Assembly (NCBI GenBank): GCA_021734995.1
Contig: JAIPHX010000003.1
Location: forward strand, 75,969-139,968
Direction of reading: 5' to 3'
Origin: Minisyncoccota bacterium
GTDB lineage: Bacteria; Patescibacteriota; Minisyncoccia; Phycocordibacterales; UBA9973
DNA length: 64,000 nt
Position 1 is the first letter of the stretch; the number at the start of each line of letters is the position of its first letter. The position numbers and the translations under genes were made by a program. Below, piece after piece: positions 24,973 through 33,789 of this stretch. The notes below the pieces were generated by a model. That model saw nothing but the letters and a program-made list of their open reading frames with translations. It had not been told where the DNA came from and ran no database searches.

Positions 24973-25668
24973 ATGAAAAAAACACCAGAACAAGCATTAG
25001 AAGAAATATTTGATGAGTATAAAGATCAAGGCCTCATCTCCCTATATTTATATGGTTCAATTTTAACAAAAGATTATATTGAAGGTGCGAGTGATATTGA
25101 TTCAATTGGTTTTGCCACTGAAGAAATGTCAATTACTCTTGAAAATGAAATAAAAAATAAATTGTGTGAAAAAACTGGTTTTGAACAATTTGGTTTTAGA
25201 CTTTTATATAAATCTGAATTAGATACAGGGGTCATAAAAGGCAATTTAGCAAGTTTCATTCATCCACAGTTATTGCTTCTTGATTTTCCACATTGGAAAT
25301 ATGTAATTGGTAAAAACTTTCTGAGGTCAGATTTTTTACTAGTAGATATTGATGCAATTGGGGCTGTAAAAATTAGGTTAGATCACTTAGTAAGAATTGA
25401 AAATGAGTCATTTAAAACACATCCAGGGGGTAAACACATTTTGTTTTTAAAAGTTTTAGCTCGGATAATGTTTCATTTACAAAAAGAACGAGGTTGTAAT
25501 GACCCTTTTTCATATAGTTCAGTATTTTCTAATTCAAACGAGGAAGAAAAACCAGTTGCCGAAGCAATCCTTAACTGTAAAAAAAGTAAATGGGATGAAT
25601 CTATGTTCAAGGAAAATGTGACTATTTATAAAAACTATATTGATACTCTGAGGAGTCGTTATTTATAG
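24973..25668 (+). CDS. ANT-like nucleotidyltransferase (putative aminoglycoside/lincosamide adenylyltransferase family)
   Basis: LYLYGSILTKDYIEGASDIDSIGF matches the GS-x9-DxD polymerase-beta-like NTase motif seen in ANT(9)/AadA/Lnu enzymes. Confidence 0.55.
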   Translation: MKKTPEQALEEIFDEYKDQGLISLYLYGSILTKDYIEGASDIDSIGFATEEMSITLENEIKNKLCEKTGFEQFGFRLLYKSELDTGVIKGNLASFIHPQLLLLDFPHWKYVIGKNFLRSDFLLVDIDAIGAVKIRLDHLVRIENESFKTHPGGKHILFLKVLARIMFHLQKERGCNDPFSYSSVFSNSNEEEKPVAEAILNCKKSKWDESMFKENVTIYKNYIDTLRSRYL

Positions 25669-25683
25669 AACCTATCATATTCA

Positions 25684-25769
25684 GTCGAACATTGTTCCAA
25701 GTTTGGAGTAGAATTTAAAGCCATATTTTACAATGGATATTTTGGGTACCTTTTTATGCTTTGAAACCT
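25684..25769 (+). repeat. cassette-boundary repeat copy R16
   Basis: gtcgaacattgttccaagtttggagtagaatttaaagccatattttacaatggatattttgggtacctttttatgctttgaaacc. The -10 tggtataat and a leaderless ATG at 25786 follow. Confidence 0.7.
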
Positions 25770-25785
25770 TTGGTATAATAAAATT

Positions 25786-26379
25786 ATGAAAACTGAAATT
25801 GAAGCTAAATTTTTAAATATTGATGTTGAAAAAATAAGAACTAAATTAAAAGAAATTGGTGCTGTTTTAAAATATCCAGAAAGATTCATGAAAAGAAAGG
25901 TTTTTGATTACCCAGATGAAAGATTAAAAAAAGAAGGGGCATGGATTCGTGTTAGAGATGAGGGAGATGAAAAGATAACTTTGAGTTATAAGAAACTTAT
26001 AGATAGAACTCTTAATGGAACAAAAGAAATAACCTTAGATGTAAGCAATTTTGAAACTATGTGTGATTTTCTTCAGGCATGTGGTTTTGATAGTAAATCG
26101 TATCAAGAAACTAAAAGAGAAAAATGGATGATCGGAAATTCAGAAATTACGATTGATACATGGCCTTGGATTCCAACATTCGTAGAAATAGAATCTGAAA
26201 CAGAAGAAGAAATACATAGAACTTCGGACCTGCTTGGTTTTGATTGGAATAAAGCTTTTCATGGAAGCGTAGAAACAGCTTACCAAGATGTATTTGATGT
26301 TACAGAAGATGAGGTTGATGGATGGGAAGAGATTACTTTTATTCCTGTCCCAGATTGGTTAGAAATTAAGAGAAAATAG
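25786..26379 (+). CDS. CYTH-domain protein (class IV adenylate cyclase / triphosphatase family)
   Basis: N-terminal EIEAKF (ExExK) signature. Acidic residues recur through the tunnel fold. Confidence 0.65.
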   Translation: MKTEIEAKFLNIDVEKIRTKLKEIGAVLKYPERFMKRKVFDYPDERLKKEGAWIRVRDEGDEKITLSYKKLIDRTLNGTKEITLDVSNFETMCDFLQACGFDSKSYQETKREKWMIGNSEITIDTWPWIPTFVEIESETEEEIHRTSDLLGFDWNKAFHGSVETAYQDVFDVTEDEVDGWEEITFIPVPDWLEIKRK

Positions 26380-26606
26380 TATTTATTCACATTTCTTTCC
26401 AAGCGCAGAACAAACAGTGAATCCTAATTTAGATGGGTGCATTTCTTGTTGCGGTAATCTCCCATATATTTCTTGGACGTCGTTTTTCCTCCATAAATAG
26501 TTTAATCAAGAAATAATCTTAGTGATTTTTATAGATTATGCTAAAGATAATAATTAATTAAACAATACACTCGGGTTAGGGAACACTTCATTCCACTCTA
26601 TAGCCC

Positions 26607-26692
26607 CTAAGTTATCCTTCCAACAATCGAGCCCTTTTTCTATACATATCTCCACATACTTGTTTGATCTACCTAAGTAGAAGGGTGAACCT
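26607..26692 (+). repeat. cassette-boundary repeat, last (degenerate) copy
   Basis: ctaagttatccttccaacaatcgagcc ... acctaagtagaagggtgaacct. The -10 tggtatagt and an ATG at 26709 follow. A further degenerate 5' half sits at about 26395..26430. Confidence 0.5.
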
Positions 26693-26708
26693 ATGGTATA
26701 GTGTTTAT

Positions 26709-27743
26709 ATGCAAAATAAATTTAATAGTAAGATTTTATTGGTTATTGTAATAATTTTACTGGTTATCGGGTTAGTTTATGTTTTCTTTAATAATTCAAA
26801 ACAAAATCAAAATGAATTGATTAATCAGAACCAAACAGCATTACCAGCTGATTGTATAGATCAACAAGAAGGTGTTCCAGTGATAACATCAATATCAAGT
26901 TATTCAGGTTCTGTTGGAGATAAAATTGAAATCAAAGGATGTAACTTTTCTGGATTTGAGGGAGACAAAAATGTTTGGATGGAAAGTGATAATGGTATAA
27001 GAGGAATTATTTATGGAGAAAAAGAATCTACTGATAAATCAGTAATTTTTGTTTTAAAATCTACACTTTGCCAAACTGACAATAGTTATAGTGGTAATGA
27101 ATGTGAAAAATCGTTAAATATTATACCAGGAGTATATAAAATATATACAACCCCTTGGGGAAAGAAAAGTAATGAAGTTACTTTTACTGTAGAAAATAAA
27201 GGAAATCTAAATTCTGAGCTGGAACGTAAACCTAGCCGTTATTTTTGTGTGGGAGAATTTTGTGATGGTAGCGGTAGTGGTAATCAAGATTCTTTAACTG
27301 TTTTAAAAATTCCCTTGGTAACTTCTGGGGGGAATGTGGGTTGTGGTTCAAAAATATTTTTTGCCCCACATACAGTTGCAAAAACTACTGCAGTTCTTGA
27401 TGCAACCTATAAAATGCTATTTGATATAAAAACAGAATCAGAAATTCAAACTGTTGAGGCAAGAAATCCAATTGGAAGTTATACAAAATTATTTTATCAA
27501 TCAGTCAGTATAAAAGATGGGACAGCAAAGGTTATGCTTACAGGTAATATGTATGGTCCGGGGGAATGCTCTTTTCCAGAAATTCGTGAGCAAATAAATC
27601 AATCAGCGTTTCAATTTGATACAGTAAGTAAAATAGAAGTTTATCTTAATGGGGAAATATTTGATTGGTGTTCAGTAAGTGATGCGGATATTTCAGAAAG
27701 TAAGTGCGACAAAATACCCAGATATTGGATTGATAAAAAATAA
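26709..27743 (+). CDS. secreted/membrane-anchored hypothetical protein
   Basis: Start moved to the ATG at 26709 (MQNKFNSKILLVIVIILLVIGLVYVF signal anchor). Cys-containing extracellular domain. Confidence 0.45.
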   Translation: MQNKFNSKILLVIVIILLVIGLVYVFFNNSKQNQNELINQNQTALPADCIDQQEGVPVITSISSYSGSVGDKIEIKGCNFSGFEGDKNVWMESDNGIRGIIYGEKESTDKSVIFVLKSTLCQTDNSYSGNECEKSLNIIPGVYKIYTTPWGKKSNEVTFTVENKGNLNSELERKPSRYFCVGEFCDGSGSGNQDSLTVLKIPLVTSGGNVGCGSKIFFAPHTVAKTTAVLDATYKMLFDIKTESEIQTVEARNPIGSYTKLFYQSVSIKDGTAKVMLTGNMYGPGECSFPEIREQINQSAFQFDTVSKIEVYLNGEIFDWCSVSDADISESKCDKIPRYWIDKK

Positions 27744-27818
27744 AAGCCTTAAGTATGCTTGTCTGAAAATTTCTACACACACAGAGCCTTTTGAGAGTTT
27801 CGTGATATACTTTTTGAT

Positions 27819-28214
27819 ATGAATAGTTACAATTGGTATTCGCAATTAATTAAACCATATTGGTCACCACCGTCTTATCTTTTTGGCCCAGTTTGGACAG
27901 TTTTGTATGTATTAATTTTTATTTATTTTGCTAAAGTATTTTCAATGGCTTGGCAAAAACAAATTCCACTTATTGTTGTTTTGCCATTTGTTTTAAATCT
28001 TATTTTTAATTTTTCTTTTACTTATATTCAATTTGGTTTGAAAAATAATCTATTAGCATCAATTGATATTTTGTTAATTTTAATAACTCTAATATGGGCA
28101 ATGATTGCGATATCCCCATATGTAAAATGGGTTACTTATATTCAAATTCCATATTTACTTTGGGTTTCTTTTGCAACTGTGTTACAACTCACTATTACTT
28201 ATTTGAATAGATAA
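27819..28214 (+). CDS. TspO/MBR (tryptophan-rich sensory protein) family membrane protein
   Basis: WYSQLIKPYWSPPSYLFGPVWTVLY is the typical TspO N-terminal motif. The protein is short, so it may be truncated. Confidence 0.6.
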   Translation: MNSYNWYSQLIKPYWSPPSYLFGPVWTVLYVLIFIYFAKVFSMAWQKQIPLIVVLPFVLNLIFNFSFTYIQFGLKNNLLASIDILLILITLIWAMIAISPYVKWVTYIQIPYLLWVSFATVLQLTITYLNR

Positions 28215-28247
28215 ATGGGTTTGTTTAAGGTATTCATTTAAAGCATT

Positions 28248-28277
28248 TTGACATCTAAATATATTTAGATGTATAAT
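28248..28277 (+). promoter_or_regulatory. sigma70 promoter TTGACA-N18-TATAAT with embedded 22-bp perfect palindrome (operator)
   Basis: The -35 ttgaca is at 28248..28253. The palindrome acatctaaatat|atttagatgt is at 28251..28272. The -10 tataat is at 28272..28277. The ATG at 28285 gives a leaderless transcript. Confidence 0.6.
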
Positions 28278-28284
28278 ATAGAAT

Positions 28285-28593
28285 ATGAAAAACATAAACG
28301 TAGAAATAGTAAAAGATTTAATATTATTAATTGAGAATTCAAGTTTTTATAATAAAATTCAGATTACTGAAAATATGGATTTAGGGATTTCCACTGAGAC
28401 TTTTTATTTTGCCGAAGAGGGTATTGGGCATGCTGTTTTGGTGGAGAAAACAAATGGAGAGATAGAAACTGTTCAAGAATCTCACATGGTTGATAAAGAT
28501 TTTGTGTATAACAAATTATCTTCTGTAAGTGAAAAAGCAGTACTCAGTATCGCTGGAAATTCTGGTGAATATATACTTTCTCTAAAAGTATAG
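28285..28593 (+). CDS. hypothetical protein
   Basis: 102-aa ORF downstream of the operator-containing promoter. Confidence 0.45.
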   Translation: MKNINVEIVKDLILLIENSSFYNKIQITENMDLGISTETFYFAEEGIGHAVLVEKTNGEIETVQESHMVDKDFVYNKLSSVSEKAVLSIAGNSGEYILSLKV

Positions 28594-28739
28594 TTTTTGA
28601 TATAATAAATATAAGCTTGTAATATTTTTACTTTTTTTACTATGTAATTTAGTATTGACTTTTATTAAAAAGTATGTTACTATATTTGAAATAATTATTT
28701 AGTTTTTTACAATAAAAAAGTAAAGGTAAGGGTTCTGTT

Positions 28740-29438
28740 ATGAAAAATTTAAAAAATAGTCTTAAAGACTATGTATATTTTTTCGTTTGTGTTGTATTTT
28801 TTTCATTAATTTTTCCATCATCATCCTCTTCTTATGCAAAGAAAAGTGTTGCTGAGGTGGAGGCAGTAACAATCATAGAACGAGCAATTGATTTGTGTGA
28901 TTTTATTCCTGATCCAAATTATAAACAATTAATTATTTCTGGTTTACAGAAAATGGTTATAATTGAAACAGAGGGGGAATATATTGAATTTTCAGATTCA
29001 AAAAAATTTGTTCTTTGGATAAGAGACTCAGAATTGCCTAAACTTGTAGGTAATATAAAAGTATTTGAGTTCTTTCTAGAACCTTTCGAAAAAAATGCAT
29101 GTGTGCTTGTATCAATGAATAAATATATACATCTATTGTCCAAAGATCTAGATGCAAAAGCATGTATTTTGATACATGAATTTGTTCATGCAATACAAGC
29201 AAACAATCGCCTTGCCAATAATATTAAGGCGAACGAAGTTTCTTCATTTTTGGACGAAAGACAGGCATGGGATTACTCTGTTTTTGTTTACGAAAGTAAA
29301 AATGGTTTCTTTCGTAAAGATTCAGATTGTACCAACTTTTTGACAATAAATGGAGTTGATCCGTTTGTGCAGAATTTCCAATTCTTTCGTAACTGTGGGG
29401 ATGAATTTTTGAAAACAATGTACAAAGACGACAGGTAA
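28740..29438 (+). CDS. secreted protein with HExxH motif (putative metallopeptidase-like)
   Basis: Signal peptide, then ILIHEFVHAIQ (HExxH). Assignment is tentative. Confidence 0.4.
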   Translation: MKNLKNSLKDYVYFFVCVVFFSLIFPSSSSSYAKKSVAEVEAVTIIERAIDLCDFIPDPNYKQLIISGLQKMVIIETEGEYIEFSDSKKFVLWIRDSELPKLVGNIKVFEFFLEPFEKNACVLVSMNKYIHLLSKDLDAKACILIHEFVHAIQANNRLANNIKANEVSSFLDERQAWDYSVFVYESKNGFFRKDSDCTNFLTINGVDPFVQNFQFFRNCGDEFLKTMYKDDR

Positions 29439-29446
29439 TTAATTTA

Positions 29447-29498
29447 CACACTACAAGTGCAATACGCATAAGTAGTGTGTTTTTTTTGTTTAAAATAC
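29447..29498 (+). terminator. rho-independent terminator
   Basis: acacactac-[17-nt loop]-gtagtgtgt is a 9-bp stem followed by T8. Confidence 0.6.
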
Positions 29499-29724
29499 AT
29501 GCCTACAATATATATTGTATAGATTTATATTTTGTTTGAGTACTATTGGTTTCTACATAAATTTAGGATTTTTTTAGTTATATCATTTTTGCACCTTACA
29601 AAATTACTGGGGGGGGGTGATTCCAAGGTATTGAACCATAAGAAATTATTGACTTTTATTAATCTTTGTGTTAAAATATAAAGAGTTCTTTTTTAATTAA
29701 ACAAATAAAGTAAAGGAGTTAAAA

Positions 29725-30360
29725 GTGGAAAGTTCAGGACAAATTTTATCTGGAACGTTATGTTCTGTGTCACCTAATAATAATAAAATGTCTGCGATAA
29801 AGTTAGGCATTTATCTTGGGGAAAAAATTCAAAAGATTTTCCCTGAAATTGGGGATTTGTACAGAGAGGGTCTCACCCTTTCAAAATTAGTACAGAGATT
29901 TAATATCATGGATCACTTCTCTGTAAATTTTAAAGTGGCTGAAAGTGCTGTTCATCGGGCCCTTAAGGGGTATCAAGGGGATCTTAGAAACATTGAGACA
30001 CCTCAGTATCCAGGCTTATTGTCAAAAGAAGAGTTAATCTTTTATGGCAAAGAGCATAACAGACTTTCTGGTATTGAGACTGCCACAAAAATGGTAAAAG
30101 AAAAGAAGGGTATTTTCTCTTTTACTAAAGAGCAACAAGAGGAAGTACGAAGGAAATCTGTTTTCGCTTGTGGGGATGTGCCATATTCTCAAGAGGAAAT
30201 AGATTTTATTCAGGAATTAATTTCACAAAAAAAATACCAGAAAGGAAGTTTGATAAAAGTTGATGAAATCGCGTCACAGGTAAATAAAATTTTTCATGAT
30301 GGTAAAAACATCAGGAAACCCAGATCTATTTCAAAGATCGTTATACGCAGTAACTTATAA
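29725..30360 (+). CDS. hypothetical protein
   Basis: GTG start, 211 aa, no motif. Preceded by a G9 tract and a ttgact-N17-tgttaaaat promoter. Confidence 0.4.
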   Translation: MESSGQILSGTLCSVSPNNNKMSAIKLGIYLGEKIQKIFPEIGDLYREGLTLSKLVQRFNIMDHFSVNFKVAESAVHRALKGYQGDLRNIETPQYPGLLSKEELIFYGKEHNRLSGIETATKMVKEKKGIFSFTKEQQEEVRRKSVFACGDVPYSQEEIDFIQELISQKKYQKGSLIKVDEIASQVNKIFHDGKNIRKPRSISKIVIRSNL

Positions 30361-30406
30361 AAGTTGCGGCGTTTTCTATATTTAGTTTTTTTGATATAAT
30401 AAATAG

Positions 30407-30718
30407 ATGTTAAAAGAATATATTGCATACTTGAAAGACAACCCAAATGGCTATTGGTTTAAAAGAAAGCTCTATGGCTGGGGATGGACTCCTGTTAAGT
30501 GGCAGGGATGGGGTGTTCTTTTTGTATATGTCGCAATTATCTCTGCTTTATTAATTTCAAGAGAAGAGGACATACCAGGTAATCCTGATTCGGGAAGTAA
30601 TTTTTTGGTATTCGCTTTGCCAGTCATCATACTGACCATTCTTTTTGTAATTATAGCTTACAAAAAAGGAGAAAAGCCACGCTGGCAATGGGGGATTAAA
30701 AAAGAAATTAAAGAGTAA
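30407..30718 (+). CDS. small membrane protein
   Basis: Two TM helices, Trp-rich ends. Confidence 0.4.
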   Translation: MLKEYIAYLKDNPNGYWFKRKLYGWGWTPVKWQGWGVLFVYVAIISALLISREEDIPGNPDSGSNFLVFALPVIILTILFVIIAYKKGEKPRWQWGIKKEIKE

Positions 30719-30766
30719 GTATGACACCCTGTTTTAATTTAAATTGTTCTGTAAACAAATAATTAA

Positions 30767-31381
30767 ATGGAAGAACTTTTAAATAAAAAAATACAAGAAG
30801 TGTCTTTAGAAAACCAAATATTCAATCAATATTTGGTTGATTTAAAACTTACCACTCAAGATTTAGATAAAGTAATTTTGGATGTAGGAGCAGGTGATGC
30901 TCGTTTTGCAAAATATGCTAAAGATAAAGGTGTCAGCTCTTCAATCTACAGCTTAGAACCAAATCAAAAAATGGTTGTTGTGGAAAAAGCTTTAATAGGT
31001 CACGCAGAAGAGATCCCCATGCAAGATAATTTTTTTGACTTAATTATTTCAAATAGTGCTATCCCTAATATATATATAGGAGATAAAAATGTTTATGAAA
31101 AAGTATATAAAAGTTTTTCTGAAATGTTGCGTGTTTTAAAAAACGGAGGTGAAATTAGATTGGCTAGAGTTTTGGTTGGAGATAAGTATGAAAACCAAAA
31201 GATATTGGCGAATAGTGTAAATAAAGTTCTAAATGAACTAAAAGAAAGGTATAACATTGAAGTTAAAAAGATGCATATATCAATTAATGATGTTTATGAA
31301 AATGAAAATAACAAAAAGAAAGCTTTATTAGCAGAGAGTTTTTTAATTATTTTAAAAAAGCCAAACAAAAAGAGTATTTAG
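30767..31381 (+). CDS. class I SAM-dependent methyltransferase
   Basis: Motif I VILDVGAGDARFA and motif post-I. Confidence 0.6.
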   Translation: MEELLNKKIQEVSLENQIFNQYLVDLKLTTQDLDKVILDVGAGDARFAKYAKDKGVSSSIYSLEPNQKMVVVEKALIGHAEEIPMQDNFFDLIISNSAIPNIYIGDKNVYEKVYKSFSEMLRVLKNGGEIRLARVLVGDKYENQKILANSVNKVLNELKERYNIEVKKMHISINDVYENENNKKKALLAESFLIILKKPNKKSI

Positions 31382-31387
31382 TATTTG

Positions 31388-32716
31388 TTACTCACTCTCA
31401 AAAACCTTTGGTTTAAGTTTTTCAAAATCATAGTTTGGTGGAAAATGCTCTTCAAAAATCTGCATTGCAGGTTCTCCTGTGTATTCTTTACGTATAGATG
31501 CGTAATGCATAGCTAGAATCATTTCTTCTGGTTCTCCAACACAATCAAGAGGCTTGAAACCTTCTATTCCAAGAATTTGTTTAAAAAGTGGTAAGAGATT
31601 TTTGTGGGTATATAGGTTGGCGCCAAATATGTCAATTAATTCTTTTTTAGACAAAAAAGCTGAAAAAGAAGCAAAAAGAAAAACACATTTTGGGCAATGT
31701 TTGCACCAATAAGATTTACGTGATAATACTTGAGCAAATCGTGGAAGCCAAAAATAATTATTGCAACTTGTTACATAATGAAGATATTTTGGATATTGAA
31801 CAAATCTTTTTACAATTTCAAGTTCACTAAATTCTCGTAATAGGGATTTTGTAGAAATATCCGGAGTGATATATTTTTGAATGTAATCGTTCGTTATTTT
31901 CTCTGCTTCAGATGATTTGCACCATTGGTGGTTTACACACAATCCTAAATAAGTAAGATTACCAAAATCAGCACTTCGTTCGTTGGAGAAAATAATTGAA
32001 TTATAACCAAGAAGTTCTGCTAACAATGTGGCAATAAATGTAAAAGTTGAAACAGAAGGATATGCATTGGATACTCCGTACCATGATCTTGTATTTTCAA
32101 TACTTGAATCTCGGCGGCGACTGACTTCTATTGTTTTTGCACCGACTAAGGTAGCAATTTTTTTATGAGCAGGAGTTGGAGCAAAAGCAAAAAAGTCAAA
32201 AGGAATATTTGAAGCTTTTAATATTTCAGATGAAAGAATAGAATCTTTGCCTGCGCCATTTAATAAAAGAGTACGAAAAGGGCGTTCAAATCGTGTTGGG
32301 GTAGGGGTAGACATAGTGTCTTTATATGGAAAAGCAATAAGATCATGGAAATCCATTTTCATATCGTAAAAGAATTCACCAAGTCCATTTAGATAGAGTG
32401 TGTTCCAAAAATCTGCTTGTTCTCGTGTTAGAGAAAATCCTTCTATGTGAATATTTTTTGTTGGGAAGACACACCAATAGTTGATACCTAGCATTAAAAG
32501 AAGAGCTTGTAGTGTGGGCTCGAGTACTGTCTTTGGTATTTTCTCCCATAACTCTGGCTTTATATTTTTTAAAAAGAGTTTGTCTGTATAAGTTTTTATT
32601 TTTCCTTTTTTGAATTCTACATGATAGGTAAAACTTATGGTTGAGCTAGAAGTATTCACTTTGTATTTACCAAATGTAAAAGAGGAAGCTTTGGCTATTT
32701 TCATGTCGTACCACAT
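31388..32716 (-). CDS. hypothetical protein with PP-loop-like motif
   Basis: LLNGAGKDS resembles the SGGxDS PP-loop. C-terminal CKHCPKC. Family unassigned. Confidence 0.4.
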   Translation of the reverse strand: MWYDMKIAKASSFTFGKYKVNTSSSTISFTYHVEFKKGKIKTYTDKLFLKNIKPELWEKIPKTVLEPTLQALLLMLGINYWCVFPTKNIHIEGFSLTREQADFWNTLYLNGLGEFFYDMKMDFHDLIAFPYKDTMSTPTPTRFERPFRTLLLNGAGKDSILSSEILKASNIPFDFFAFAPTPAHKKIATLVGAKTIEVSRRRDSSIENTRSWYGVSNAYPSVSTFTFIATLLAELLGYNSIIFSNERSADFGNLTYLGLCVNHQWCKSSEAEKITNDYIQKYITPDISTKSLLREFSELEIVKRFVQYPKYLHYVTSCNNYFWLPRFAQVLSRKSYWCKHCPKCVFLFASFSAFLSKKELIDIFGANLYTHKNLLPLFKQILGIEGFKPLDCVGEPEEMILAMHYASIRKEYTGEPAMQIFEEHFPPNYDFEKLKPKVFESE

Positions 32717-32817
32717 TGCTGTATTGTAGCATGTATTAGTGTCTTTTAAATAGAGTCTTTCAAAAGATAGTATAAATAATTTAACTCACCAAGCATTCAT
32801 GTTAGAATATACAAAGC

Positions 32818-33753
32818 ATGGAACAACAATTTTTTAGCATTTTGGTTTCTCTTGTAGCAGTCGTCTTTGTTTTTCTTTTTGCTGTTAAAAAATTTAGCAA
32901 TCAAGTACAGCATCTTTTTGGTGATAAATTTAAGAATTTGCTTGAAAGATTTACAAATACTCCACTAAAAGGTGTCTTGGTTGGAGCAGGATTAACTTCA
33001 ATAATACAATCTAGTACAGCTGTGACAGTTTTGCTTGTATCTCTTGTGGATGCAGGTGTCTTGTCTTTTACAAATAGTATTGGCGTGATTATAGGGTCCA
33101 ACATAGGCACAACACTGACCACTCAACTCATTGCTTTTAAAGTTTTAAATATTGCACCTTATATACTGATATTAGGTTTTCTTTTGATGAATATTAATCA
33201 TAGATACAATAAATTTCAGTATTTAGGTAAACCTATTTTTTATTTTGGGCTTATTTTTTCTTGTCTGTTTATTATTTCTGTTTTTGCTGATATTTTCCGT
33301 GATAGTACAATGTTGTTATCTTTAATCAGCAAAACTTCAAATCTTTTTGTAGCTATAGGGGTGGGAATTGTAGTAACTACGGTTTTACAATCAAGTTCTA
33401 TTGCGACAAGTTTGATTGTTATTTTTGCTGGAGGTGGCTTGCTTACATTCGCTCAGGCATTTGGAATTATTTTGGGGACAAATATTGGTACCACCACTAC
33501 AGCACTTCTTGCTTCTACTGTAACTGGTAAGCAGGGTAAGCGTGTTGCGATGATGCACTTTATTTTTAATTTTGCAGGAGTTATTATATTCCTACCTTTT
33601 GTTGGTTTGTTTTCAGATATAATAAGTCGCATAAATACTGGGTTGGTAGGACAGATAGCTATTTCACATTTAGTTTTCAATATTATTATTGCAACTCTTT
33701 TCCTTTTTATTATTAAGCCTGTTTCAAAGTTGATACACAAGATTATTCCTTGA
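32818..33753 (+). CDS. Na+/phosphate cotransporter family (NptA/YjbB-like) membrane protein
   Basis: Two internal repeats each with an IQSSTAVT / LQSSSIATS motif, characteristic of Na/Pi cotransporter domains. Confidence 0.65.
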   Translation: MEQQFFSILVSLVAVVFVFLFAVKKFSNQVQHLFGDKFKNLLERFTNTPLKGVLVGAGLTSIIQSSTAVTVLLVSLVDAGVLSFTNSIGVIIGSNIGTTLTTQLIAFKVLNIAPYILILGFLLMNINHRYNKFQYLGKPIFYFGLIFSCLFIISVFADIFRDSTMLLSLISKTSNLFVAIGVGIVVTTVLQSSSIATSLIVIFAGGGLLTFAQAFGIILGTNIGTTTTALLASTVTGKQGKRVAMMHFIFNFAGVIIFLPFVGLFSDIISRINTGLVGQIAISHLVFNIIIATLFLFIIKPVSKLIHKIIP

Positions 33754-33789
33754 TTTTATTTAAAGGGAATGATATTTTAAATAAAGAGT

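Larger units (their letters stand above)
11650..26692 (+). repeat. array of more than 20 gene cassettes separated by an ~85-bp imperfect inverted repeat (attC-like); CALIN-like, no adjacent integrase
   Basis: Consensus aTTCGAACatcaccccaaGTTCGGAGCa-[variable 25-40 nt]-ggaggttagtagaaGTTCGAACCT. It occurs between nearly every gene from 11.65 to 26.7 kb (copies listed separately). Terminal 7-mers TTCGAAC/GTTCGAA are mutually complementary with imperfect inner pairing. Each copy is followed by TGnTATAAT and a start codon within 5-15 nt. Confidence 0.8.

Noticed and set aside
11650-26692. Possibility that the repeated element is a CRISPR array
   Set aside because: The repeat unit is ~85 bp, imperfect and variable in its core. 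The 'spacers' are 0.3-1 kb and encode proteins. No cas genes are present.
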